Origin: Candidatus Ozemobacteraceae bacterium
GTDB taxonomy: Bacteria; Muiribacteriota; Ozemobacteria; Ozemobacterales; Ozemobacteraceae
DNA: 64,000 nucleotides
Direction of reading: 5' to 3'
Assembly (NCBI GenBank): GCA_965140445.1
Contig: OZ223236.1
Location: forward strand, 4,096,001 to 4,160,000
Under the pieces are notes generated by a model. That model ran no database searches and was not told the origin of the DNA. It saw only the letters and a list, made by a program, of their open reading frames with translations. This document shows, piece after piece, positions 26,454 to 36,437 of the stretch (positions are counted from its first letter, which is position 1; each line of letters starts with the position of its first letter). A program made the position numbers and the translations under genes.

Positions 26454-28004
26454 ATGGATGAACTAAAATTGAATCAGGTCCAGGAACAAAGATTACAAGT
26501 CATTGAAGATTTTCGCAAAGAAGGAAAGAATCCTTATGGCCGAAGATATGACAGAACTCATAACACTGAAGAGTGTAAGACCGCATTTGAAAAGGCTGAA
26601 AGCGAAAAACCTGAAGAGGAACGCGAGCACTTCAATTTCGGTCCAGTTAAAGTAGCTGGCAGACTTGTTTCCAAAAGAGGCCAAGGCAAAACGACTTTCG
26701 GACACATTCAAGACCAGGAAGGAAAAATTCAAATTTACTTCAGAAAAGATATAATCGGTGAAGATGAATATACCTTTATTAAAAGACTATATGCGGGCGA
26801 TATCATCGGTGTTGAAGGAAATCTTTTCCGCACCAAAATGGGTGAAATTTCAGTTAAAGCTGAAAAAATGACAATTCTTTCGAAATCAATCAACCCGCCA
26901 CCAGAAAAATGGCATGGCCTGACCGACGTTGAATTGAGATATAGACACCGATATGTGGATTTGATGACAAATCCAGAAGTAAGAGAAACTTTCATAAAGC
27001 GGTCAAAAATTATTCAAAAAATCAGATCCTTAATGAGCGAAAAAGGTTTTCTTGAAGTAGAAACTCCAATGATGCACACTGTTGCTGGTGGCGCTGCTGC
27101 AAGACCATTTATCACCCATCACAATACCTTAGATATGGATCTTTATTTAAGAATTGCTCCTGAATTGTTTCTTAAAAGACTACTAGTTGGTGGTTTTGAA
27201 AGAGTATTTGAATTAAACAGAAACTTTCGAAATGAAGGAATTTCAATAAAGCATAACCCTGAATTTACAATGATGGAAGTTTATCAGGCATACGGAGACA
27301 TGCAATCTATGCTGGAACTTACAGAAGAAGTAATTTGTGGAGCCGCAGAAGAGTATTTTCCAGATATGAAAGTCCCTTATCAGGAAAAAGAACTGAATTT
27401 TGCACGTCCATGGCGAAGAGTTAGCATGCTTACTCTTGTGAGAGACCTTACAGGTTGTCAGGAACTTTCTTATTCCTGCTCAAGAGAACTTGCAGCCAGC
27501 GAAGCCAAAAAAGTTGGAGTTGCTACTGACAAAAACGATTCCGCAGCCAAAATTATTGTAAAGATTTTTGAAGATAAAATTGAAGAAACCCTTATAGATC
27601 CAACCTTTGTAATTGAATATCCAAAAGAAAATTCACCTCTTGCAAAGGCTAATGAGAATGATCCTTCAATGGTTGATCGTTTTGAACTCTTTATTTATGG
27701 AAGAGAATTTGCAAACGCTTTCTCAGAATTAAATGATTCCGAAGAACAGAAAGCTCGTTTTGAAGATCAATTGAGACAAAGAGACGAAGGCGACGATGAA
27801 GCTCACCAAATGGATGCTGACTATGTAAACGCTCTTCGCTATGGAATGCCTCCTGCAGGCGGCCTTGGAATTGGTATCGACCGCGTTATAATGTTGCTTA
27901 CAAATTCCCCTTCAATTAGAGATGTGATTCTCTTCCCAACCCTTAGAAAAAGAAAAGCTAAATCGGAGAACGAAGATCAAGCTGAAACAGAATCGGCAGA
28001 ATAG
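26454..28004 (+). CDS. lysS: Lysine--tRNA ligase (class II)
   Basis: GFLEVETPMM, GGAAARPFITHHN, YLRIAPELFLKRL, FRNEG, YGMPPAGGLGIGIDR. Confidence 0.99.
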   Translation: MDELKLNQVQEQRLQVIEDFRKEGKNPYGRRYDRTHNTEECKTAFEKAESEKPEEEREHFNFGPVKVAGRLVSKRGQGKTTFGHIQDQEGKIQIYFRKDIIGEDEYTFIKRLYAGDIIGVEGNLFRTKMGEISVKAEKMTILSKSINPPPEKWHGLTDVELRYRHRYVDLMTNPEVRETFIKRSKIIQKIRSLMSEKGFLEVETPMMHTVAGGAAARPFITHHNTLDMDLYLRIAPELFLKRLLVGGFERVFELNRNFRNEGISIKHNPEFTMMEVYQAYGDMQSMLELTEEVICGAAEEYFPDMKVPYQEKELNFARPWRRVSMLTLVRDLTGCQELSYSCSRELAASEAKKVGVATDKNDSAAKIIVKIFEDKIEETLIDPTFVIEYPKENSPLAKANENDPSMVDRFELFIYGREFANAFSELNDSEEQKARFEDQLRQRDEGDDEAHQMDADYVNALRYGMPPAGGLGIGIDRVIMLLTNSPSIRDVILFPTLRKRKAKSENEDQAETESAE

Positions 28005-28010
28005 TAACCC

Positions 28011-28052
28011 AAAAAAATCCCCCGAAGAATTTCTTCGGGGGATTTTTATTTT
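28011..28052. terminator. Bidirectional intrinsic terminator
   Basis: A7-TCCCCCGAAGAA-t-TTCTTCGGGGGA-T-tract. Confidence 0.9.
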
Positions 28053-28069
28053 GTCTAACTTATAAAAAC

Positions 28070-29485
28070 TTACTTTAAGCAGCTCTTGATCTTCTTAAGC
28101 AGATCTTTCGCTTCTTTGAGTTTCTGTAAAGCTTGCTTTACTTCTGAGTTTGAACTTTGATTCTGCATAGCCTTATTATATTCTGCAAAAGCTTTGTAAT
28201 AATTTTCCTGGGCCTGAACGAGATCGTCAACACCATATGTTCCAGTGTATGCTGGAGCAATTGCTCCACTAGAAGTTGTTTCCGATCCAAGACTTGGTGC
28301 AAGAGCTGCAGAAGAATCCATTGGCGGCAAAGCCACACCAGACATAGCAGGCATTGAAGTTGGCTCAACAGGTGTCCTGGCTCTAGATCCAAACAATCCG
28401 GAAAACCAGCCAAAAATTCGATCCCAAATAGATCCACTGCTACTTGAAGATGAGCCACTGGTATTTGTTGATGCAGTAGTAGTATTTGAGGTCTGATTGT
28501 TGTTTGTTGGCTGAGCTGTGGTTGTAGTAGTCGGCTTCACATATCCTTTGGTTGCAAGAACATTATATAAATCTCTGCTAACAGTTCTGGATCCGCCATT
28601 TACATAAGAAAGAATTTCATTCAAACTTATCTTTCCCTGACTATTTTCTATTAGTATTTGAGCCAATCCAACCTTATCTGCTGGATACAACCTGGTATAA
28701 CCAGCACAAAATTCCTTTAAAGAATAATGTGGCCCAGATTTTGAAATAGAATCAAAAACTTTTGTCTGGCCGCCACTAAGCTTACTCATTGCATCATAGG
28801 TAACTTTTCCCACGAAAAGCTCATTTCTGGACATTTCCTCAAAGCTATTATCTTTCAAAAAAGCAACTACAGAACTTGATTTCATATCCATACTGAAAAC
28901 GTAGCCATTGTTTTTGCTTGCGGCAAAAGCATTTGCCCAGCCTTCAACCCACGCTGTATTAGCATTTGGTAAAATTTCATCCATGTAATGCTTATTATCA
29001 TCGCCGTAATCCAGGCCTGCAAAATCATAGTTATATGGATAGCCGTTAAGCATAGCTATGTGGCCAAATTCATGAAGAAAAATGAACTGTTTACTCCAAT
29101 CAGTAGAGTAGTTATTAATATACTTGTAGAGATTAAGGTTATACTGATATGAGCTCTTAGAAGAGTAACAAACACTACTTCTGTCACTAATAGTCATATT
29201 TAAAGGTTTTGAAAGATACCTGGCAGTTTCACTAGCGTAATCAAACACTGTTTTGCCGTTTGGCAACTTCAGTTTCAGATAATCACGCCATTGATTTCCA
29301 ACCGGTAACTGATCCGGGGAAGTTATCTGCACGGTTCGATATCCAATCTCATTCCCATAAGAGTCCGTAACAGCCTGCTCGTAATTTAAATAGAAAGCCG
29401 CTGCCCAGGATGGCGCAGATAGCAATATCGAAAATATCAACAACAGGCCAATCTGAAAGCCCTTTTGGATAGTCATTTTTTTCAT
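28070..29485 (-). CDS. Exported zinc metallopeptidase-like protein (HExxH + downstream E), S/T linker, C-terminal helical hairpin
   Basis: Signal peptide ending SWA; FLHEFGHI...AWVEGWANAF. Confidence 0.75.
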   Translation of the reverse strand: MKKMTIQKGFQIGLLLIFSILLSAPSWAAAFYLNYEQAVTDSYGNEIGYRTVQITSPDQLPVGNQWRDYLKLKLPNGKTVFDYASETARYLSKPLNMTISDRSSVCYSSKSSYQYNLNLYKYINNYSTDWSKQFIFLHEFGHIAMLNGYPYNYDFAGLDYGDDNKHYMDEILPNANTAWVEGWANAFAASKNNGYVFSMDMKSSSVVAFLKDNSFEEMSRNELFVGKVTYDAMSKLSGGQTKVFDSISKSGPHYSLKEFCAGYTRLYPADKVGLAQILIENSQGKISLNEILSYVNGGSRTVSRDLYNVLATKGYVKPTTTTTAQPTNNNQTSNTTTASTNTSGSSSSSSGSIWDRIFGWFSGLFGSRARTPVEPTSMPAMSGVALPPMDSSAALAPSLGSETTSSGAIAPAYTGTYGVDDLVQAQENYYKAFAEYNKAMQNQSSNSEVKQALQKLKEAKDLLKKIKSCLK

Positions 29486-29635
29486 ATTTGTCCTACAATC
29501 AAGGTATTTTAAGTCAATTATAAGAATGATCTCTATGTACGTCTAGAGCGCTTTACATTTTTATGCAAAATTAATTTTAACCAACTTCAATAATTTACTG
29601 ATAATATAAAACCAAATCTCATAGAGGCTAACATT

Positions 29636-30547
29636 TTGTCGCAAAAAAACAACATTATTGGAATACTTAAAGTGGCTTTTGCAGCTTCTCTCTGGGGTGT
29701 AGCTTATCCACTAACAAAAGGTGCATTAACCGACGTCCCTCCAATACTTTTGGGTACATTGCGCTTTGGGATTGCAGGACTTTTATTTTGCTTGTTTACT
29801 CGCTCTCTTCCACTTGCTGGCATTGACCAACTTCACAAAAAAACTTTCGCGAGTCTTGCCTTTTGGGGAGTTTTTATTCTAATTCTCGGGATGAACTTTG
29901 GTCTTCTATGGGCCCCGGGAATAGCGGCATCTATCCTCTCCGGCACTCCCCCGCTTTTTACTGTTATCCTTTCCTGGTATTTCTTCAAAGAAAAAATCAG
30001 CAAAACGCAATTGCTTTCTATTGGAATAGCATTAGCTGGGCTGGGACTGCTTGGCAAAGATTCTACTACCCAACAAAGCCTTCCAGACTGGAAAATTTGG
30101 CTAGGTTGTCTTTTAACACTAGTTCCACAATTTTCCTGGGCAATGTATGGAATAATTGGTAAAAAGCTTAGCCAGAGGTATTCATGGAAACTGGTCTGCC
30201 GCGATACCTTTTCTCTTGGAGCAATAATGCTTTTCCCATTAGCCACAGTAGAAACATATTTTAACGGCTTTGGCACCTGGACTTACAAAACCGGTTTGAT
30301 TCTTTTTTATCTGGCGATTTTGAATTCTATCGTTACCTACTCTTTATGGAATAGCGCCCTGTCTCAGATAAGTGTTAATCTGGCCAGCTTTATTATTTAT
30401 CTACAGCCAATTTCTGGTGCAATTGTTTCATGGCTTCTGTTTAAAGAATACCTGGGAATCAATGGCGGTATAGGTACGATGCTAATTTTTGTAGCACTTG
30501 CAATTGTTTTATTTGAAAAAACAAAAATACTGAAAAAGAAAATTTGA
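29636..30547 (+). CDS. DMT/EamA family transporter
   Basis: About 10 TM helices; LWG...K, LRF, PLFT...KEK, YLQPI...KE. Confidence 0.92.
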   Translation: MSQKNNIIGILKVAFAASLWGVAYPLTKGALTDVPPILLGTLRFGIAGLLFCLFTRSLPLAGIDQLHKKTFASLAFWGVFILILGMNFGLLWAPGIAASILSGTPPLFTVILSWYFFKEKISKTQLLSIGIALAGLGLLGKDSTTQQSLPDWKIWLGCLLTLVPQFSWAMYGIIGKKLSQRYSWKLVCRDTFSLGAIMLFPLATVETYFNGFGTWTYKTGLILFYLAILNSIVTYSLWNSALSQISVNLASFIIYLQPISGAIVSWLLFKEYLGINGGIGTMLIFVALAIVLFEKTKILKKKI

Positions 30548-30617
30548 GCACCTTTTGACCTTTTAAACTGCTATAGTTAGGGTTAAAATTAACCAAACAA
30601 CTCACAGGAGAAAACAA

Positions 30618-31634
30618 ATGATTTCTAAGGCTCCATTTTTATTGGGCTCATTGGCATTCCTATTCTTTTTACAATTTTCAGGAACTGCATATGGACTCTC
30701 TCCAGTCGTGAAATTTCCTGAATGGAATAGCTCGGAATTTAAAATCCAGCAATGGAATCCCTCCGAAAAGCTAATAACCCTGAACGTAAAACTCAAAGCT
30801 AACAAGATAAACTTATCAGAAGTCAGCTCCAAAATTTATTGGCCAGAAGGTTTTGTTGCGGTCAGCAAAGATTTTTCCGGCAGGGCTTTAAAAGTTGGAG
30901 AAGAAGCTGTATTTGTGCATTCCGCAAAATGCCCCAAAGAATTTTCTTCATGGATCGAATGTGAGTTAAAAGCACAGCCTGACAAGAGTGGCCTAAAATC
31001 ACTTATTGAGAATTCTCATTCCAATGAACCCATCACCAGAAAAATACTTCTCCAGGAAACGGAAAGTATAAACGGCCCCTTAAACATTGGAAGAACCCTA
31101 CCTCTCTATATTGATAAAAATATTGCTTTTTCAGGGGTTAAAGAGCTTATTTTCACGAGCTTCTGGAAAACCGGAAAATCAAAATTCTTTTTTTGGTATC
31201 CCCCGGAAAATGCCGGGACAGGAATCACTTCAGAATCACTTAGAGAGCTAGGAAAAGCTCTTGCAGGAAAGAAAGATCAGGTAATTCTAACCTCTTCAAA
31301 GCTACTTCTGAACCGTCTGAAAAGAGATGAAGAGTTTATTGAAATTTTCTCGGGAAAAACAACAAAATTTACTTTACCTGCAAAAACAGCAAGAGAGCTT
31401 ATTGAAGCGAATCTAATTTCACTTCAGATTGCTAATTCCAATGATATTTCAAAATTGGAAAAGAAAATACTTGGAATGAAACCTTGCTACTCACGCCCAT
31501 TTCTTTATGCCAACCTTGCTTCTGCTTATCTCAGACAAGGCAACAAAAAAGCCGCAAAAAAACTTTTCGATTTGGCCCTAAAAGAAATTCCAGCCTGGCC
31601 TGAAGTAATTGAAATGAAAAATTCAATTAGATAG
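30618..31634 (+). CDS. Exported hypothetical protein with C-terminal TPR
   Basis: Signal peptide; LYANLASAYLRQGNKKAAKKLFDLALKEIP; SD aggag. Confidence 0.75.
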   Translation: MISKAPFLLGSLAFLFFLQFSGTAYGLSPVVKFPEWNSSEFKIQQWNPSEKLITLNVKLKANKINLSEVSSKIYWPEGFVAVSKDFSGRALKVGEEAVFVHSAKCPKEFSSWIECELKAQPDKSGLKSLIENSHSNEPITRKILLQETESINGPLNIGRTLPLYIDKNIAFSGVKELIFTSFWKTGKSKFFFWYPPENAGTGITSESLRELGKALAGKKDQVILTSSKLLLNRLKRDEEFIEIFSGKTTKFTLPAKTARELIEANLISLQIANSNDISKLEKKILGMKPCYSRPFLYANLASAYLRQGNKKAAKKLFDLALKEIPAWPEVIEMKNSIR

Positions 31635-31645
31635 GAGAGCTGCAA

Positions 31646-31810
31646 ATGCTATTATTCTTAGCTTTTACAAAATTGGGAATGGTTATGATACTTCTAACAT
31701 TAATTCTAAGTCGCCTGGCACAGATTCCAAGAGCAACCTGGCTAGGGGGCGCATTAACATTAACTACAACAGTAGTTTTGTCTTTTAAGTTTCTAAGGCA
31801 AAAAGCATAA
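31646..31810 (+). CDS. 54-aa hydrophobic small protein (below the ORF-track cutoff)
   Basis: SD aggaga, ATG 31646, MLLFLAFTKLGMVMILLTLILSRLAQIPRATWLGGALTLTTTVVLSFKFLRQKA*; stop abuts the terminator. Confidence 0.6.
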   Translation: MLLFLAFTKLGMVMILLTLILSRLAQIPRATWLGGALTLTTTVVLSFKFLRQKA

Positions 31811-31849
31811 AAAAAGCTGCGAATCTAAATTGATTCGCAGCTTTTTTTT
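31809..31849. terminator. Bidirectional intrinsic terminator
   Basis: A-tract, GCTGCGAATC-loop-GATTCGCAGC, T-tract. Confidence 0.9.
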
Positions 31850-31861
31850 ATCTTTCTTTAT

Positions 31862-32806
31862 CTAGTCAATTCCACGAGCTGAAAGCCATCTTTCTGCATC
31901 TAAAGCAGCGATACAGCCTGAACCAGCAGCTGAGATAGCCTGTCGATAATGAGGATCTGTTACATCACCACATGCAAACACCCCATCCACTGAAGTATAT
32001 GTTGTTGGGTGCTTTACCTTTATATAGCCCTTGCTATCAACAGAAATAGCACCATTTAAAAAACCAGTGTTTGGCGTGTGCCCAATTGCCATAAAAATGC
32101 CTGAACAAGCGTAATCCGAGATTTCGCCTGACTTAACATTTTTCAATTTAAGCCCTTCAACGAATTGACTTCCATAGATTTCTTCCAAAACAGAATCAAG
32201 AACTATATGGATTTTTGGGTTCTGTTTAACCCGGTTTTGCATTGCTTTGCTTGCTCTGAATTCATCTCTTCTATGAATAAGAATCACTTTAGAAGCAAAT
32301 TTAGTTAAGAAGAGTGACTCTTCCATGGCCGAATCTCCGCCTCCAAGAACAGCAATAACCTTATTTCTAAACATTGGAAGAGCGCCATCGCATGTTGCAC
32401 AAGCAGAAACGCCTTTTCCCCAGAATTCTTTTACCGTGGGATGATCTAACACTTTTGCGCTTGCACCGGTAGCAATAATTACGCTATGTGCTGCAATAGT
32501 TCGACTGGAATTTGTTATGGTAAAAGGCTTGGATGAAAAATCAACAGAATCAATATCTTCCATTATCATTTCAGCCCCAAACTTTACCGCCTGTTTTCTC
32601 ATATCGGCGATTAAATCCGGCCCCATTTTCCCTTCTGGAAATCCAGGAAAATTTTCCACTTCAGTCGTAGTCATCAACTGTCCGCCTGGCTGCCCACCCT
32701 TTAGGAATCCTTCAAAAACTACAGGCTGCAAATCTGCTCTAGCTGCGTATACTGCTGCGGTTAACCCAGCCGGACCAGATCCAATAATAACTACTTTCTT
32801 TGCCAT
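31862..32806 (-). CDS. trxB: Thioredoxin reductase
   Basis: IIGSGPAG, VENFPG, CATCDG, GGGDSAMEE, GVFACGD. Confidence 0.98.
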   Translation of the reverse strand: MAKKVVIIGSGPAGLTAAVYAARADLQPVVFEGFLKGGQPGGQLMTTTEVENFPGFPEGKMGPDLIADMRKQAVKFGAEMIMEDIDSVDFSSKPFTITNSSRTIAAHSVIIATGASAKVLDHPTVKEFWGKGVSACATCDGALPMFRNKVIAVLGGGDSAMEESLFLTKFASKVILIHRRDEFRASKAMQNRVKQNPKIHIVLDSVLEEIYGSQFVEGLKLKNVKSGEISDYACSGIFMAIGHTPNTGFLNGAISVDSKGYIKVKHPTTYTSVDGVFACGDVTDPHYRQAISAAGSGCIAALDAERWLSARGID

Positions 32807-32913
32807 TTCTATCTCCTGATCATTTAATAATTCATTGTATTATAGAAGTTTATTTCCCCGGCTGCTAGAATAAAATTAATTAAATTTGATAATCCTTTTG
32901 ATTGGAGCCCACG

Positions 32914-34146
32914 ATGAAAAAACTCGTTTTGATTTTATCTCTTCTGTTTCTGGTTTTGCACCCAATAATTGTAGCAACCGCTTCTGAGTCAGCAGAGCAA
33001 GTCGCTTATAAGAGTCTTTTTTCCAGCTCCAAAGGCTTAATCGGAGAAGCCTTTTCAGAAAAGTTTCTCCAGGCACTCCCAATACAAAAAATAAATGAAA
33101 TTTTAGAACTATACAAAAATCAGTTGGGGAGATTTGTTTCATCCCAGAAAGTTGGAAATTTTTATAGGCTTAAATTTGAAAATGGCACTGCAACTTCCAC
33201 AATTCATTTGAACAAAGAAGCTAAAATCAGTGGGCTTTGGTTTGGAGAGCCAGTTATTTCATCAGATAACCTGGAAAATATTAAACGTGAGTTTTCAAAA
33301 CTAAAAGATCGCATTTCTATTTGTCTGATGCGAGACAATAAATTCAAGCTGGTAGATCTTAATAGCGAAAAAGCTTATCCCGTAGGATCAACATTTAAGC
33401 TATTTCTTTTAAAAGCTGTTTGTCAAAAGATTGAGAAAAAAGAAATGGCGTGGAATCAACTGATAAAAATAGAAAAGAAATCGAAATCGTTTCCCAGCGG
33501 AATTCTGCAAGACTGGCCTGTTGGAACGTCTCTTACTCTTGAAAGCATGGCTGGATTAATGATTTCCTTAAGCGATAATACAGCTACGGATCATATTTTT
33601 AATTTGCTTGGACGAGAAACAGTGTCAGCAATTTTGCCAGAAACCTGCGGTTTTTCATTAAACACCTCAGAGATGCTTAAACTAAAATTTGTATTTAAGG
33701 ATAAAGCCAAAGAATTTATTAAGGCTTCAGAGAAACGAAAAAACGAAATCCTAAAAGAAATTTCAGAATTCGATCGCAATTTAACTTCTCAGGAAATAAA
33801 AGAAATTACCGAAGCTCAACCTTTTCTAATTGACGAACTTGAGTGGAACATAAGTACAGAAGAATTATGCAAAGTGATCTACGATTTGCGACTTAATAAA
33901 CTTTTAACAATTAATCCAGCATATGGCCTGATAAATAAAAATGAATGGCATAAGGTTTGTTACAAAGGTGGAAGTGAGCCTGGAGTATTAAATTACACCT
34001 GGTTCCTGCAGAAAACATCGGAGGGCCCTGTATTCAGTCTTTCGTGTTCTATTTCAAATCCCCAAGCCTTACCTGATATCCAAGCTTTCAATTTGGCTGT
34101 GCTTAGACTTATCAAACACATCCATTCTGGAGCGCTGGACGGTTAA
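32914..34146 (+). CDS. Exported serine hydrolase, class A beta-lactamase fold with N-terminal extra domain (Cpe/LpqF-like)
   Basis: SxxK (GSTFK), SDN (ISLSDNTATD), KGGSEPGV; signal peptide. Start ATG 32914. Confidence 0.8.
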   Translation: MKKLVLILSLLFLVLHPIIVATASESAEQVAYKSLFSSSKGLIGEAFSEKFLQALPIQKINEILELYKNQLGRFVSSQKVGNFYRLKFENGTATSTIHLNKEAKISGLWFGEPVISSDNLENIKREFSKLKDRISICLMRDNKFKLVDLNSEKAYPVGSTFKLFLLKAVCQKIEKKEMAWNQLIKIEKKSKSFPSGILQDWPVGTSLTLESMAGLMISLSDNTATDHIFNLLGRETVSAILPETCGFSLNTSEMLKLKFVFKDKAKEFIKASEKRKNEILKEISEFDRNLTSQEIKEITEAQPFLIDELEWNISTEELCKVIYDLRLNKLLTINPAYGLINKNEWHKVCYKGGSEPGVLNYTWFLQKTSEGPVFSLSCSISNPQALPDIQAFNLAVLRLIKHIHSGALDG

Positions 34147-34151
34147 AACAT

Positions 34152-36356
34152 TTATTTTTGTTTCAAAGAATTTGGTGGGGCTACTTTTCTAAGTTTTTGA
34201 ACAAACTTTTTTATCTTGATATTATCAGGAGACTTTTTCTGCGCAATTGTTGCATGTTTCCAGGCTGCAGGATAATCTTTTTGTTTAGCAGCAATAATTG
34301 CCGCTAAGAACCTTGCCTGACCATAATAAGGATCTCTTAAGAATATCTGGGAAAGCTTCCGGTTAGCTTCGCTGAACAATTGTTTCTTATAAAACTTTAC
34401 CGCCTGCTTCATCAAATCTTTGGTGTCATCATTGGGTTTGCCTTTGTTATTTTTTAAAGCAGAAAAGCGTTTATATACTTCACCAGCAATCTCAGCAATT
34501 CTTGGTGCTGGTAAATTTAAATCACCATTAGAAATCTCTACTACCAGATCATCGTAAATTAGCCTTACTATCGATGCTCGGCTCAGTAGTCTTTCTTTCT
34601 TATCATATACCCCAAATGCGATCAGATGATTTTTGGTCGCCTCTGGAGCGGAAATAGACGAGAATTCAATATCCTTAATCAGCACTCCAGGCTGTTGGGA
34701 AAGAAGACCTAGATTTATTCTTGCCATAAATTCAAGTGAATCAAGAAAATCTATGGTAATGTTTTTGTCCTTGAACCAATATATGGTAATTGAGTTTGGA
34801 GGGCTCTTTTCAGCCTTTTGGAAGATATAAACATGAGCCTGCTTCATTGCGGATATTAGTTTATCCCGTTTTTTTTCATTCATATTTGGATAAGCAGCTT
34901 TAAGATTTAAGATTCCAATTGCCTGAGAAGTTTCTAAAAGCTTTTCATCAGTTATAAAGCTTCCCAAACCTTTAAAAACTTTTCCCAGGTCCAAAGATTC
35001 CGCTTGTTTTGATCTGTAATTTTCTGGACTAGCTATAACAGCACTGGTTTTTGGAGGAGTAATCAAAACATTCCACAGATATTTCCGGCCATAAACTCGA
35101 ACCAAATGGTCCACAAACTTTTTCCCCATCACATATCCCGCTGATGAAATAGCAGACTTTACATTTAGAATATTTTTAACACTCTTCTCTCCCTTGCCCT
35201 GCCCGGTCGAAAAAATGTTGGCAAACTCAATAATCTCCTTGTCATACCCCATAGCCGTGCCAACAGAGTCCTGCATAAAAACAGCATGCCCTTCCATAAC
35301 AGCGTTTAATGCCACCATTTCATCTGAATTGCTAACAGAAAAAACCTTATCAGATATGTTCGCATGCTGATCCTGCAATGCGTGCGTTAGTTCATGAGCA
35401 ATTACTACTTCAACAAGGGGTTTGAGCATTTTTTCAGGAATTCCGACATTGCGCATTAGGGGAATCATGTTCCGAGGTAAAATATACAGTTTCTTTGACC
35501 TGATTCCATATTTCCCAAAAAGGCTATAGGAAGCACTGATCGCAGCATTTTCGGCCAGCTCAATATTTTCCAGGCGAGAGTTGCCTGGAGTCAAATTTTG
35601 AAATTGAGTATTCAGCTCAATAGCAAGCTCCGTTGCAACTTCTGACCTTGAGGCCATTACAAGCTCAGGCCTATTTTTAAACCTTTTACCAGTCGCCTTC
35701 TCAACTAGTGGAATAACCTTTTTCATCATTTCTTCGCCTTCTTCTTTGCTGAAGGCGGGCATTCCCGGGGGAAGATCTGTTCTTTGAAGCTTTGTTACAT
35801 AAATTGGAATATTTTGATGAAATTTGAAGGAGTTCTTTTCGACCTGCGAAACTTCTTCTTTTGACAATTTGGATTTAAAGGTATTTCTGATTTTCACAAA
35901 TTGGCTTTTTACGTTAATCCCAAATAGATCCATTCTACTTTGTGCCAGATCTAATAAAGCAGTAGCTTTTACCTTTTCGCCCTTCTCAAAAAGATGGCCG
36001 CCGTAAACGCTAATGGCCAGAGGGTGACCTTTCAATGCAGCCAACCGAACTTTCTCCATCCCGGCCTCTATGTTTTTTTCCGTTCCTTCCCCTTTAATCT
36101 GGCCGAGTCCAACACCATAAAGGCAGTCTAAATCGCCAAGTTCTGACCCCTTGAGATAAAATTCATAAGCCTTATTAAAATCTTTTTTAACCCCTTTTGT
36201 TCCCTCATAGTTGAAAACAGCAAGGAAAAAATAACCAACTGGATCACCATTATTTGCCTGCTCCTGAAAATATTTAAAATCAAACATTGCCCCAGCGCAA
36301 ACATGTGCGATAAACAGGGTTAACAGCAATGAGAAGCAAAGTTTTTGAATCTTCAT
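34152..36356 (-). CDS. Exported Sel1-repeat / zincin metallopeptidase / TPR protein
   Basis: Sel1 repeats (GVKKDFNKAYEFYLKGSELG); IAHELTHALQDQH...AVMEGHA; C-terminal TPR. Confidence 0.78.
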   Translation of the reverse strand: MKIQKLCFSLLLTLFIAHVCAGAMFDFKYFQEQANNGDPVGYFFLAVFNYEGTKGVKKDFNKAYEFYLKGSELGDLDCLYGVGLGQIKGEGTEKNIEAGMEKVRLAALKGHPLAISVYGGHLFEKGEKVKATALLDLAQSRMDLFGINVKSQFVKIRNTFKSKLSKEEVSQVEKNSFKFHQNIPIYVTKLQRTDLPPGMPAFSKEEGEEMMKKVIPLVEKATGKRFKNRPELVMASRSEVATELAIELNTQFQNLTPGNSRLENIELAENAAISASYSLFGKYGIRSKKLYILPRNMIPLMRNVGIPEKMLKPLVEVVIAHELTHALQDQHANISDKVFSVSNSDEMVALNAVMEGHAVFMQDSVGTAMGYDKEIIEFANIFSTGQGKGEKSVKNILNVKSAISSAGYVMGKKFVDHLVRVYGRKYLWNVLITPPKTSAVIASPENYRSKQAESLDLGKVFKGLGSFITDEKLLETSQAIGILNLKAAYPNMNEKKRDKLISAMKQAHVYIFQKAEKSPPNSITIYWFKDKNITIDFLDSLEFMARINLGLLSQQPGVLIKDIEFSSISAPEATKNHLIAFGVYDKKERLLSRASIVRLIYDDLVVEISNGDLNLPAPRIAEIAGEVYKRFSALKNNKGKPNDDTKDLMKQAVKFYKKQLFSEANRKLSQIFLRDPYYGQARFLAAIIAAKQKDYPAAWKHATIAQKKSPDNIKIKKFVQKLRKVAPPNSLKQK

Positions 36357-36437
36357 ATTTACCTGCTCAAAATAACCTTTTCTTTCAGTTTAACTATTTT
36401 TTTACGAGTTGCCTAAAATACCAGTATTTGCAAATGA

